64,000 nucleotides of DNA from NCBI GenBank assembly GCA_010093605.1, contig MU004195.1, positions 1,379,566 through 1,443,565 on the forward strand, given 5' to 3'. The DNA is from Lophium mytilinum. Lineage: Eukaryota. The position numbers and the translations under genes are program-made. The notes beneath the pieces are model-generated. The model was not told the origin of the DNA. It was given only the letters and a program-made list of their open reading frames with translations, and did no database searches. Positions 25,687 to 37,100 of this stretch are shown here, in pieces. Every line of letters begins with the position of its first letter. Positions within the stretch are counted from its first letter, which is position 1.

Positions 25687-26980
25687 CGCTCAGGATCCGA
25701 CGTATCCGCAGATACCTGCCTCTTCTTCTTCGTGAAGGAGATGCTTCGGAGTAGGCGCAGCGGCCTTGCGGGCTTATGCTGATGCGGAGCTGGCGGAGCT
25801 GGCGAGCGAGGGTATAGATGCAGGCTTTTAGAGTTTGTGAACACGTCTCCGGTTTGCTCTTGCGTCAGAGGCGGGTCGTGGAAAGACGTGGCAGGTTTGC
25901 GGTTCGCCCGAATGAGGATGAAAACGTAGGCAAAGACGGAGGGCGGGCGCTGGACGTGGTGTTGTGGATCGCGGTACATGGAGTGCGCTACTACACCTTC
26001 AATATGTGTAGGTAGGTAACTTAGACAATAGATTCCGAGTGTGGTTCCAAAGAGCTCCGGAGATGCTACCGTGCTTTGGTGCATGAGGGGACGATGTCGG
26101 AGCTGTCCAGCGCCTCCGAGACATTCTGCGCACTTTATCGATGTCTATGTTCTTTATCGAACCTAATCTCTTTGATCTCGCCATCGAGGTCTTCTTGGCT
26201 GTGGGGTGCGCGGTAAGCGTGGTTGAGCCTCCGCATCCGGTGCGTTTCTTTGTCCCGACACCACTTTCTCTTTGCTACCCAGAGGCGTTCGCTTCGCTAT
26301 TGGGTTTCGATTTCGAAATCTAGGCTCTCCGAATGTCTCGCCTTATGGTATTCTGGCCTTTTGCAAACCTTTTCTCGACCTCGAGCGGGTGTGGGACATC
26401 CCCAGATGCTGTCTTCTTTCGGGCGACGACGTAAGATGAGTCCGCGGAGGGAGTTCCGGACGGTGTAGGGATATGTATCTCTGATTTCAGCTGTTGTTGA
26501 AATGTCGAGCTTCGCTGTAGACATCTGGCAAGCGCGCTAAGCCTGTCGGACCGCGAGAGGTTGGGGTGTTAGTCGAGTTTCTCTTGAGACTCTGGAATGT
26601 CTGAGGAACTTGATTCGCGTGAGAGCGGGTAGATGGACGAAGGCACAGAATTATCGGGTAGCTGTAAAGTTTTAGTGCGTGGGAAAGACCAAGAGAGAGA
26701 AAAGTCAATTACGACTTTATTTTCAATAACGCGTGTATACAGAGAGGCATACGCCGTCTAGAGCTTCTGTGTGCTGGCCCGAGGTTTCCTATAGGCTTGG
26801 ATTGGGGTCTATGTTAGAAGTGAGCTCACTCCTTCCAGGAGATTAGTGTTGTAGAGCGGTAACCGCAAAAGAGCAAAAAGACGGCCTATTACAAATAACC
26901 TTCTTTAGCCCACGACCACCGCCCTAAACACCACAACGCCTCTCCATATAATAGATATGGCAAAAAAAGATTAAAAGAGC

Positions 26981-27201
26981 AAAAACACCACCTCCCCCGA
27001 TGGGAGGTGTAGAAAACCCGTTCTCCAGGTTTTCTCCGTAGCCGGTTCACTTGCTCACGCCCGTAGGTTAGCTTATTGCAAGTACCGTATATGCTAATTC
27101 TCGCTTTGGGAATCGAACCCGGGGCGAGTTGGCGACGTCGGCCGGCTCGGTTGGTGTGGGGCGGTGCTCGGAGGGAGAGCGGGACCAACTAGGCAAAGCT
27201 G
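26981..27201 (-). ncRNA. Candidate RNA polymerase III (type-2 promoter) structured ncRNA, unknown family
   Basis: On the minus strand: A-box-like TTGCCTAGTTGG (27196-27185), perfect B box GGTTCGATTCC (27119-27109), hairpins at 27097-27068, 27035-27011 and 27009-26989, then T5, T4 and T7 runs (26985-26962). TATA-like TATATAA about 40 nt upstream. No plausible ORF. Confidence 0.7.
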
Positions 27202-27646
27202 TTTGTTAGTGATATACGGCCAAAATAAACTCAATTATATACCCTGATTCAACGCGCCACGCCACAGGTATATACAATTCAGTGACTAGGCCTCGGGAAT
27301 CTACTCGGCCTGTGTACGACTCTGTCAGCGAGGTTCTCAAAATGCAATATGCTCATCTCACCTCACTGTATGTTGCTGCGACGACGAAATCCGTCCTTCA
27401 CGCCCCAGCAGCGCCATCACCACTGCCCAAGCCATCTCACCCCCGCCATCCGCCTGCGCTCGCCGCTCATAAAGCTCAACGCGACTTCACCACCGGCTTC
27501 ATCACCGACTTCTCCCGCCCCTGTGTCTCCCCCCTGAATCTCACCACGGCCACCGACAACGCCGGCATTCTGAGGATCTAGCCACCATCACCACCCTCAA
27601 CGCCCTTCACCAGCCAGCGTCGCGACCCAGGCCGCACTGCCGTCCT

Positions 27647-27698
27647 CCTCAACGCCAGACCTCAACGCCAGACCTCAACGCCAGACCCCAACGCCAGA
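27647..27698 (+). repeat. Tandem 13-mer (CCTCAACGCCAGA) x4
   Basis: Three perfect units and one single-mismatch unit; related CTCAACGC words also at about 27475, 27596 and 27756. Confidence 0.9.
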
Positions 27699-28285
27699 CC
27701 CTCGCGGCAACCTCAATGCGCACCTCGCTCTCAGCTCCGACGTCACCACACCCAGCTCAACGCCCTTAATCACAGGAATGCAAGCATGTCTCACCTTACG
27801 GAATGCATACGCGGCGATGATATGCCAACCTTTACACTCCATGGAACAGGAATGGGAAAACATGAGAAGGCGATAAGAGAAGCTGGGAGTAGTAGGGGAA
27901 GGCATGCATGCATTAGGGTAGGGTGGGATGATGAGATGAGCGAGGCATGTACATAGGGGAGGGAATACAATGAGGCTAGGCAAGGCGATGATATGAGCGC
28001 GGCACCAAGATATCCTTCTTTCTTTCTTTCTAGAGAGCACGGAGGGAATGCGCGAGGCGGTAGACAGATAGATAAGTAGAGGAAATCATAGCATTCGTCG
28101 CGAAAGCCTACAAAGTCATACCATCTGATCTAAACCCAAGGAAGCAAAGGAGAGAAAGTACCAAAAGAACGATATACACAAAAGGACAACAAACCATAAC
28201 AAACCAAATACACAAGAAGCCTTCCAATCAATTTGCCCTTCCCTCTCCCTCCAATCCCACCGTCCCACCAAACCCCCTCTCCCCT

Positions 28286-29173
28286 CTACTTCCCACTCCG
28301 ATACATCCCCCACATACTCCTCATCCGCGCCACCTGCCCCACCGTAAACCCGGTATAACACGCATCCGTCGAATAATCCATAATATTATGCACCGAATCC
28401 ATCCCGGGCTGCGTCGGACAACTATCCTTCCCGGGACTCCCCGTCGGACACCCATCCGTACTCGTACTCTGCACCGGCGTATCGTCAATAAAATCCCCCG
28501 TACCCGCGCAGCTATTCCCCTCAAACACATGCAGCAACCCCAACCAATGCCCCGTCTCATGCACCGCCGTCATCCCCTGATCATACCCATCCACATCCCC
28601 GCCCGGCATCGTGCCCGCCTGCACACTACACCCATCATTCGCATAAACCGACGGCGCTGGCGTCCCGGGCCCGATAGACGACGGCAGCGTGCACTTCCCG
28701 AGCACGGACCCGGCGAGGTCCGTCTGGAAGTAGAGGTTGAGGGTGCTGTATTTCCCCTGGCGCAGGCCCTTCTTCATCGCGAGGTCGTCGGCCCCCGCGC
28801 CCACGGCCCACGCGTCGTTGACGGTCCAGGTGATGTTGAGCAGGTTGAAAGCGATTTTGTAGGGCGCGTAGGCTGTGTTGAGCGCGTCGAGCTGCTTCTG
28901 CGGCATGTCGGACGTGATGTCGTCTTTCTTGTCGCTGGTCGCGATGATGTGGAACACGGCGTCGACCTTGATGGGGGTGTTGGCGTCGTCGCGCGCGAGA
29001 TGGGCGGCGCGGGCGGCGGGCGAGCCAGCTTTTTCGTCCGTGTGGAGGTCGTTGAGCGTGGACATGAATTCTTTTGTGGCGGCGTCGACGTCGGTGCCGC
29101 AGTCGAAGTGCTTGTATTCCGTTGCTGCGGCCGCGAGGGCCAGCGAGGCAAGGAGGAGCGGTTGGAATATCAT
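28286..29173 (-). CDS. Secreted M43 (pappalysin/ulilysin-like) zinc metalloprotease
   Basis: Intronless 295 aa. Signal peptide MIFQPLLLASLALAAAA, prodomain CGT, MKKGLRQGKYSTLNLYF, zinc motif HETGHWLGLLH, Met-turn NIMDY. Confidence 0.93.
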   Translation of the reverse strand: MIFQPLLLASLALAAAATEYKHFDCGTDVDAATKEFMSTLNDLHTDEKAGSPAARAAHLARDDANTPIKVDAVFHIIATSDKKDDITSDMPQKQLDALNTAYAPYKIAFNLLNITWTVNDAWAVGAGADDLAMKKGLRQGKYSTLNLYFQTDLAGSVLGKCTLPSSIGPGTPAPSVYANDGCSVQAGTMPGGDVDGYDQGMTAVHETGHWLGLLHVFEGNSCAGTGDFIDDTPVQSTSTDGCPTGSPGKDSCPTQPGMDSVHNIMDYSTDACYTGFTVGQVARMRSMWGMYRSGK

Positions 29174-29837
29174 GGTATGTAGGAACAGGGGTGCGGGACA
29201 GGGGTAGGTGATGGAAGAGGGCGCAAGGATGGACGAGCAGGGGTAAGCGTCTGGAAGAATGTATGCGCGGACTTGAGATTGTTCTCTGAGATTGAGGTGA
29301 AGGGAAAGACAGGAAAGGCTTCTCCGGCTGCCAGTTTGATGATTTCTGGAAAGCCAGGGACAGAATGCAGATTTATACCTACGCCATCACCACGGCCTGG
29401 ATTCCTTGGACTTACTTGGATTGACTGAGGCAAACGGGGTAAGATTCTGGAAAGACTCTAGAAGGTCGTCGTATGGCGGCTGGACCATGTGGTCAGCGTC
29501 TGAAAACGGTAATGTTCTTAACGATGTCTCATAAATCTTCAGCAACAAAGGCCCTTGTTTACTCTCGATCCCTCTCGGCGGAGTCTCGATCTCCTCCCCG
29601 TGTTGACTTAGGCACCTAGACTCTTGCGTGAACGTTTTCGTAGATGAAATGACAATACTGGTCTTATTTGTGCAAAGAAACTTCCAAAACGCCTAATTGT
29701 GAATGCCCATAATACAGTACATCACCAAAACCCCAGAAGACGGTATAATTCAAGCAGAGACAAGAAATAGAAACGAGGGTCTCAATTCCTTTAATCGTGA
29801 GACTCCCACCTAACCTTGCGAGGGTCAGCACTTAATA

Positions 29838-31410
29838 TCATGCCGAGTCACCCGGTCTGACACTCCGCCCGGTTGCAGTTGCAGTGGAAGGCTGGTCATT
29901 ATTCCAGGTAAGATAGGTATGATCGCCAAGTTTCCTAGGATAAGAGAGTCAGAGAGCGGCGTCATAGCCAGTTGGGGTTTGGAGACTCACCTTGGTTTGA
30001 TGAGGTGAGTGGCTGTGAACAGCGCGCCTAGCAGTATACAAATGCCGCCCACTACGACGTAAGCGATGCCCAAGAACGGATTCTTGCCACCCATGACCGT
30101 TCTTGTTGAGATTAGGATGGACTTTGTGCCGCCGTATTGCGAGACCTCAAAATCTTCTTCGAGTTAGCCGAGTGTTGTAGAGAGAGGCAAGACGGTAACA
30201 TACTCTCCCAAATCTTGATTCGGTAGGTACCCGTCTTCAAGACGTCATGATCATTCCTCGCCGCCAGCTTGCTGAAGGTAGGCAGACCAGCTGTCCTCAT
30301 CCAGACCTGGAAGGCTTCATCCGTGTGAAGGTCCGGAATGCCCCGCTCATCAGTGTATCCATCCTTCGGATATCTGTTTCGCCAGTTCGGCGGCACTGCA
30401 ACTTCCTTGGCAGTGTACTTTGTCTTCCCGTAGAGATCGGCTTCGCTGCTCCAGGCAATACCCTTCTGTGTCAGGTTATAAGGTGTGGCTTTGCCGTTAT
30501 CATTCTGGGTCAGAGCGGTGAAATTGTCGTAAGTATCATTGAAAAGGGAATTGGCGATTAAGCCGCAAGGGTAGTAAGGGAGATGAGTGTCCGGGTCCAA
30601 TTGAAGAGGATCGCAGTCTCCAGAGTTGATTGCGCTCGCGGATTTGGCATCTCCCTTCAGCTGATCAGTGTCTATGGACTTGACATATCGTCGATGGTTC
30701 TGGTAGAAGTTTGTGAGGCGGTAATAGAACAGGATTGGAGGATGGATGTCGTTAGGAATGTCGAACTGAAGCACGCAGACGTTCGTATTCAGCGACACTT
30801 GTGAGGAGTAACTGTAATTCTCGGTGGCATGGCCCCATTTAGGGTGTTGTCCACCATTAAGCGCAGTCTTGAAATGCGATGTCACACGGCTCGAGGGCAT
30901 TGGGTCAAGCGAATCTGTTTTGTTCACATCACGATTGGCTGTGGTCGGAGGTGACTTCGTGAAGCAGTCGGTGTAGTCGATGGCAAGCTCTTGCACCTAG
31001 ACCGCGCCATAGAATAAGCACTTTCCCTCTAGCATCTACGAAAGCAGTGGATATGTGTATTGGACTGACCTGCGAGCTAGCCCATATCAGGAGACCTCCG
31101 ATAGGTGCAAATAGGATGCCGACGATGAAGAAGAGAGGGAGGACGGTTTTTGGGGTGAGGATGGGTCTGAGGTTCAGTCAGCTTGAGAGTTTGGGAGCAA
31201 AACAACACAGCTGTGAGAACATACTGCCAGGCCTTTAGCCGTTGCTGCCGGAACGCGGTATCTAATTCACGGTGAGTATGGGCTCTCGAGAATGGGTATT
31301 GGAGACGTCGCACTGGCGGGCCTCCTGCTCTTTGTCTTCTTGGTGTCTTCGTTGTGGGGATCCTGCGTCTCTATCGAGTCCTCGTGGCGGACCTGCTGTG
31401 TCTGCGACAT
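29838..31410 (-). CDS. CDC50: CDC50/LEM3-family P4-ATPase (flippase) beta subunit, multi-exon
   Basis: Begins MSQTQ at 31410. NTAFRQQRLKAWQ, FYYRLTNFYQNHRRYVKS, YPCGLIANSLFND, VWMRTAGLPTFSKL, MGGKNPFLGIAY, KLGDHTYLTWNN; TGA at 29840-29838; several GT-AG introns. Confidence 0.93.
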
Positions 31411-32600
31411 GTCGTCAAAGCCGCGCTATTCCGCGCATCCGACAGACGTGGGGTGTTTGGAGGGAGATGGTTGACGATGAGGGAGGTCGGTCGTCTGCAG
31501 CGGTGTTGCGCCGCCCAGGGTCTTAGGGCTGCGCCATCCCAAGTCCATTTTTAGCTGCTGACCTCATCCAAAGCAACACATGCGTTTCACCTCCGGACCG
31601 CAGGCACCGTAACTCCGAGTACAGAAAGCGACGATTTGGAAGAAACTCTGAGAACCTACGCGGCACCTCAAGCAAGAGTACAATGTTTTATAGCGAGACA
31701 CTAGGTATACTCACAGACATATCGTCATGCAAGTAGCTGCCTTCTTTGCACTCGGAATTGTCCGCGCAGACGTGATGCAGGATCTGATACGGCAGAATTG
31801 AGCCTCCTAGGGATTGATTGGCAGGCTACCTGACCGTAGGACAGCTCCTGACAGCCGTACCTAGCATTCAAAAATGGCAATCAAGCCGTAAGATATCGAG
31901 CCTATCCGCCATGACCTGCACGGTAGAGGGCTAAGAGCTAGTGCGGTAATTCACGGATGATTAGTCTTCAATCCCCTCTATTCTTATGAATCAATGTCTA
32001 CGGAGGATGAGTTAGCTGCAAATTCACGAGTGGCTCATGCGTCACGTTTCGTTCTTCTAATGAGTTGCGCAATTGTTATTTCCAATTTAGAGCCTTGGTG
32101 GCCAATTCCTTTGTTCTATCGATAGCTAACTACGCAAGAGGTGATAATGAAGACACCAATCAGTCTTGATCGACGTGTAGTGCAAAACAACAATCCAGCG
32201 AGCCCGTAGAAATCCAAGATGCCATACATGAGAACATCAATTGGGGACGCTAACGTGGGTATAGGTATGGGGGGTATCAAACACACAACCTGGCGCGGGA
32301 GCCGCATGCCAAAATGAAAATCGGAATAGACTCCGTTCGTGACCGATGCTATAGCCATAGACGGCTTATGCATAATGAGTGGGGTATGAACCATACCGCC
32401 GATGATGAATAATGTAACGCCGTCATGAGATTGGGGAATTCCTATCCAGTGCCGCCGTGATGATGCTGGGAAGATACAAAGGAAATCGTGAGGGCGGATC
32501 ATCATATGAAAAAGAGGAAAAGAGCTGATCTGTCGACGAAATCGGAATGCGATGGAAGATCAATCCAGAAGTCGGCCAGCGATGTTGGCGAGATCTTGAT

Positions 32601-33803
32601 TTAGAGGTGCTGGATGAAGTGCTCCTTGCGGAACCATCCAACCTTCTCGTAAGCAGTCCAGAGCTTGCTAGCTTTGTTGACGTCGATCTTGCAAGCCTGC
32701 TGGGCGTCCGTCTTGCGGAATTCCTTGCCAATGCGCAGGGCATCAATGCGAGACTGGAAGATGCGTCGCTTGCTGCAAAGGTAGGTGGCGCAGGAAAGGC
32801 GGAGTGTCGAAGCCAGGTTGACCTCATTCTCGTGGATCAGATGCCGGTCGGGATCGTTGGAGAGGTCGAGCTTCTGGCCCTTCCAGTCGGCGTGCAGCGT
32901 CTTGCTGTTCGGAGCCAAAGTGTTGGGTGGCGAGAAATCTGGCAGAGCGTTGTAGTCGGTATCGTCGCGGTTGGTAGCTAGTTTCGCAGGCTTTGGCGAT
33001 GGCGAGGCAACCTGCACGAAAGAGTCATAGACGCGAGTCTGAGGAGTGCGCTTTGGCTTTGTCACAGCGCGAGACGGCCGGGGGAGTTGAGTCTTCTGCT
33101 TCCTCGAGCTAAACGCGGGCTTTGGCGCTATGTTCCTGTACGGCTTGGAGACGGCCGAATTCGACTTGGCGACACGGTTGGCGTTTGAACCGTACATTTT
33201 GGCGTACTCTCGCTCCTGGGCATACCATGCGCGGCCTCCTATTCTACGGCTTGCCGCAATCACTTCCGAGAAGAAGGTAGCGACGAGCTCATAATCGTTT
33301 GTGCTTGGCTTTGCTGGGAGGCTCGCGACGCTCGGAGAATTCATATGCGCGACGATGGCAAGTTGGGTGGCCTTATTGACGGTTTCGCCGGCTAGCTGTG
33401 CATGGATAGCAGGCTGGGTGGTCGAATTGACGGTTTCGACGGGCGGGAAAAGTGGCAGGTCCGAATCGATCAGGGCAGCGGTGTCGTTGGCCTTGAAAAG
33501 CGGCGGGTCGCGCACCTCGTCCTCCTCGCTGCGATCATTGTTCTCCTTCTGCGAGTGTGGGTCATAGTCTCCGATCGGCGGGGAAGGATATGCGTCGCCA
33601 GTCAGGAAAGCCGCATGAATCGACATCGGGTCGGTGGCGAAGGAGTGATTTCGCTGCGAAGAGAACGAGGAAGCCGGCGTTCGCGTCATGGTCGTAACCA
33701 TGGGGGACGTGAAAGAGTCGGGCCTCGTCTCTTCCGGCGAGAGGAGCGAAGAAATGGCCATATTCTTGGTGGGTGTGGTGGGAGCGTACGAAGACGACGC
33801 CAT
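32601..33803 (-). CDS. SWIRM-domain protein, Fun19/YOR338W/Laf1-like
   Basis: Intronless 400 aa. ALPDFSPP, WKGQKLDLSNDPDRHLIHENEVNLASTLRLSCATYLCSKRRIF, FRKTDAQQACKIDVNKASKLWTAYEKVGW. Confidence 0.9.
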   Translation of the reverse strand: MASSSYAPTTPTKNMAISSLLSPEETRPDSFTSPMVTTMTRTPASSFSSQRNHSFATDPMSIHAAFLTGDAYPSPPIGDYDPHSQKENNDRSEEDEVRDPPLFKANDTAALIDSDLPLFPPVETVNSTTQPAIHAQLAGETVNKATQLAIVAHMNSPSVASLPAKPSTNDYELVATFFSEVIAASRRIGGRAWYAQEREYAKMYGSNANRVAKSNSAVSKPYRNIAPKPAFSSRKQKTQLPRPSRAVTKPKRTPQTRVYDSFVQVASPSPKPAKLATNRDDTDYNALPDFSPPNTLAPNSKTLHADWKGQKLDLSNDPDRHLIHENEVNLASTLRLSCATYLCSKRRIFQSRIDALRIGKEFRKTDAQQACKIDVNKASKLWTAYEKVGWFRKEHFIQHL

Positions 33804-34159
33804 TGTCGCGACGAGCGGTTGGGAATTGATGTAGACGTGCTGGGGCGTTCTGTCGATTGCTGCGGCGATTGTGCGCAGTGGGCGTGGGCGTGGTGTGAGA
33901 GCGATGTGGCTTTGCTAGATGGCGGATACGGCTCTTTAAGTAGTAATTGTGCGGGCAGTCAGGTTTGATGATTGGAAGTGAGTAATTGAACCGTGGAAGC
34001 GAGAAGAAAAAAGATCAGAGCGCGGAGAGAACGGTGTTAAGGCACTGTCGGAGCCGTGGGTGAAGGTGGCGGAGCCTGCACTTTGTACCAGCGGCAGACG
34101 ACGTTGCTATTGTGAGGCGTGACAATAAGGCTAAGGCGTGACGGTGGAACAGCGCGGAC

Positions 34160-37100
34160 TTGACCAATGGCCGAACAATGCTTACAGCAGACGCGGCTGG
34201 CAGTGGGATTAGTCAATTGCGAGCTGGTCAGGCTCTGCTGTGAGGGTGTGCAGTAGGACGGGGGGAGTGGAAGAGGGCCCGAAGCAGGAGGGGGGACAAG
34301 GGCGGCTTAAGAAGGGTGGTCAGTCGGGCTGTGTGTCTCAAAGAGCAGGCTCCAACAAAGAATGACCACGGGGCAGATGACTGGTTTCATGGTTATTCGC
34401 TTGATCAATGGGATTCTTCGCTGGGCGCGGGCAGCTGCGACAGCTCACAGCCTTCAGGCATCATCAACGTCGTCTTACGCGCGCTGTGCTGACGAATTGG
34501 GAGTGGCCAGGAAGGCAATGGAAGAGGTCCGAAGCGTGGCAGCCTCTGGGGGGACCACGGCCAATGGGAGCGGGCAATTGGGGGCGGGCGCTCTGGCTGC
34601 GGCGTGCCCTCCAGCAGCGGGAGAGTGCGTTCGGGGTGCGGATTGCGGATTGCGTGAAAGGCGATCAATGGGTCAAAGAGGTGGTGAGTCAAGGGGGAAG
34701 GTTGCTAGAATCTCTCCACACTGGCGCCGCACGGGTGTTCCGCTAGGGAGAAGACTCCACCACGTCCACCACGCCCAGCGAGCAGAGGCCACGCCGACGA
34801 TGCGCCCGATTCGGTCCGCATCTGCTCCCCGTTGCATTCAATTGCATTCCAATTGCCCTCCCATTGCGCTGTGAGTTGCTTCTGCTCGCCCTCAATGGCC
34901 CTCGATCCCCCAGGAGGCGTCCCAGGCGCCGCAATTGGCAGCCTTGCCTGCTGTCGGCTCGCAATTGGGCCAGACGTTGCCGCCTACCGTGTACGTGTCG
35001 AGCACCGCCCTCCACCGTCAGGCCTCTCCCGCTCTTGTTCCAGATGTTTGCTACCCGCGCCAAGCCGACGGATGACTCCTAGGCTGCCCAGGTGCCCTTC
35101 AGCGAGCAGACTCCCTGTGGAACGGTGGCATTGAGTCTGCGGCAGGCCATTGAGCACCTCTCACGCGCGCGGCGACGAATTGGCGACTGACGACTGACGG
35201 CCGGGATGGCAAAGCACTCCACTCGCAGCTTGATGTCATTGCCCAACGCCCTCCTCTTCTCCGACCTCGAGTCGAGCTCAGTGATTATGGCGGCTATACC
35301 GGACGCATCCCCGCCGTGCTCTGGATGTCCGCTGGCTCTCGTCCGTAATGTCCGCCGGCTGGGAGGCAGCAATTGCCCCGACTGCTCGCCCCAGGACTGG
35401 ATTTCGGAGACCGTTAAGAGCGAGACCTGGAGTACCAGCACGAATCCTGCCTCCATGTCTTGCCGGCGCATTGATGTCCTGTGATACCCAGCGTTCCCAT
35501 CGCCACAGCCACGCGTCGCCGGCTTCAATTGAGCCCTGGCAGCGCGGGCCGGTCAAACATGTCGTGCAGCTGTGGCCTGCGTGAGGGGTCCGTCCCAACA
35601 TCGCGTCTATTCCTGGCCGCCCATCTGACAGGTCGTCCTGTGCCCCTACATTCCCCGTGTCGCATGTGAAAGCGTCTCCAGGCCTCAGCTGAGCTGTGAG
35701 GCCGCCTCCCCCACGCAGCCCTCGTCTGATTGCTGGCCTCGCGGATGGAGCACCTGAGGCCTCACCAGATGCCCGTCACACCATCAGCGATGGAAGGGGG
35801 TCACGCCGCGATGTCCACAGCAGCCGCTTTGGGACAAGACGAGACGCTATGGGCCCGTATCGATAACGCGATAGTGATAAGAAAAGGTGTGGGGTAGCCC
35901 TGGCGTGCTTGAGTTTGGAAGCCTGTAAACCAACTCTTCTTAGCGTGCATAAGCCCAGTTGGCAGGATAACGCTGTGTACCGTCGCCAGGGTAAGCTGAC
36001 CACATATTTCAAACACTCTGTGAGAGCTTAATAGGCTGGAAGTGAAATGTATTGTATTGGTGTTCAGGTGAGGAAGCTAGCTAGCCGTGAGACGGAAAGA
36101 TTTGCGGAAGCTGCTGAGTAAGCGGCTACACCGGGAAAGGGCCAACAACTCTACATACGGTTTGCGGGGTGCGTATAGTGCCCAGCGCTACCGGTCCAGA
36201 ACCTCCTCTTCTACACACCAAGGGCGGCACAGTTTACAGATGTCCCTGAATTATGGTCGGGTCCCGCGCTCCACCTCCCACCTCCTTCACCCCGGGTGCA
36301 TGTGAGCATGACGGGCTCTTCAGATGACCGACTCAACACACCCGATGGTAGCCAGAACGGCCTCCTCCGAAAGCCATATCTATCTCGCCAATTGATATCG
36401 TGGATGGCCTCGACGACAGCACCCGGCATCTAGATCACGCTGCCCCCCTCCAATTCGAATCTTATACTCGCCGCTGCCGCATCCATGACTATATCATGTC
36501 GCAGCAGGTCGAGGACCCGTCGGTTTGTTTGGCAGCATCCATGCACGACACCTGCACGCCGCCCGGGCCGCACATGACTGCCTCCCCGATAGGCCAATGG
36601 TCGCCTGTTTGCCCTGTGCCGGCCGTCTGCCTCGCCCTCCATCCCGGCCGCCTGCCGCTGCCGGCGGGGAGTCCCTGCGTCGCGAACCAGCCTGCCAGCC
36701 CGCAGTCTCTCTGCGCCTCTCGTCCAACTCTGGGAGGCCTGTCTGCCCTGTTTCGAATCCTGTCGACGGCGATGCAGACGCTGTTGTTGCCCCGGTCCTG
36801 CAATCACGGCATGGGCCACGTCGTCAATGGCGTCTGCTGAGACGAGACGACGGCGCCACACGTCAGACGTCGAGGGAGTGTTCGACGCCAGGTGTTGAGG
36901 TGTGAGAGGTTGGGGGCTGCGCCAATGGTGGTGCTGTTTCTGGAACGCTGCACTGTGCGTCCTTTGTGCTTCGGGGCTGTCTTATTTTAGGTGTCCGTGA
37001 CACAGAGTAGGGAGCAGCTGTGCGCTAGATTCCTAGATGAAGGGAGATCGTGTCGCATTACGAGCTTGATGATTCAATTGACTAATGCAGGCAGTTTCTC

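Noticed and set aside
26297..26299. Readthrough or edited TAG extending ORF 26297-26524
   Set aside because: The frame meets further TAA/TAG/TGA stops and shows no recognisable domain.
27060..27105. U6 snRNA (ATTAGCAT) or telomerase template (CTAACCTA)
   Set aside because: The U6 ACAGAGA box and GGCCCCTG stem are missing. CTAACCTA does not template TTAGGG, and filamentous-ascomycete telomerase RNAs are much longer.
27100..27201. Canonical or intron-containing tRNA gene
   Set aside because: A and B boxes are present, but there is no 7-bp acceptor stem, the T stem has only 3 bp, and there is no anticodon arm. Kept as an unknown Pol III RNA.
27647..27698. CRISPR-like array
   Set aside because: Short contiguous repeats without spacers, in a eukaryotic genome with no cas genes.
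28388..29182. 264-aa antisense ORF over the metalloprotease; likewise 50659-51588, 49363-50010, 15538-16209 and 40796-41332
   Set aside because: Shadow ORFs on the opposite strand of codon-biased genes; Arg/Pro/His-rich or otherwise without domain signal.
34362..36905. Numerous 60-170 aa ORFs upstream of the SWIRM gene
   Set aside because: They overlap in all frames in GC-rich DNA with no codon bias or motifs; better explained as regulatory sequence.
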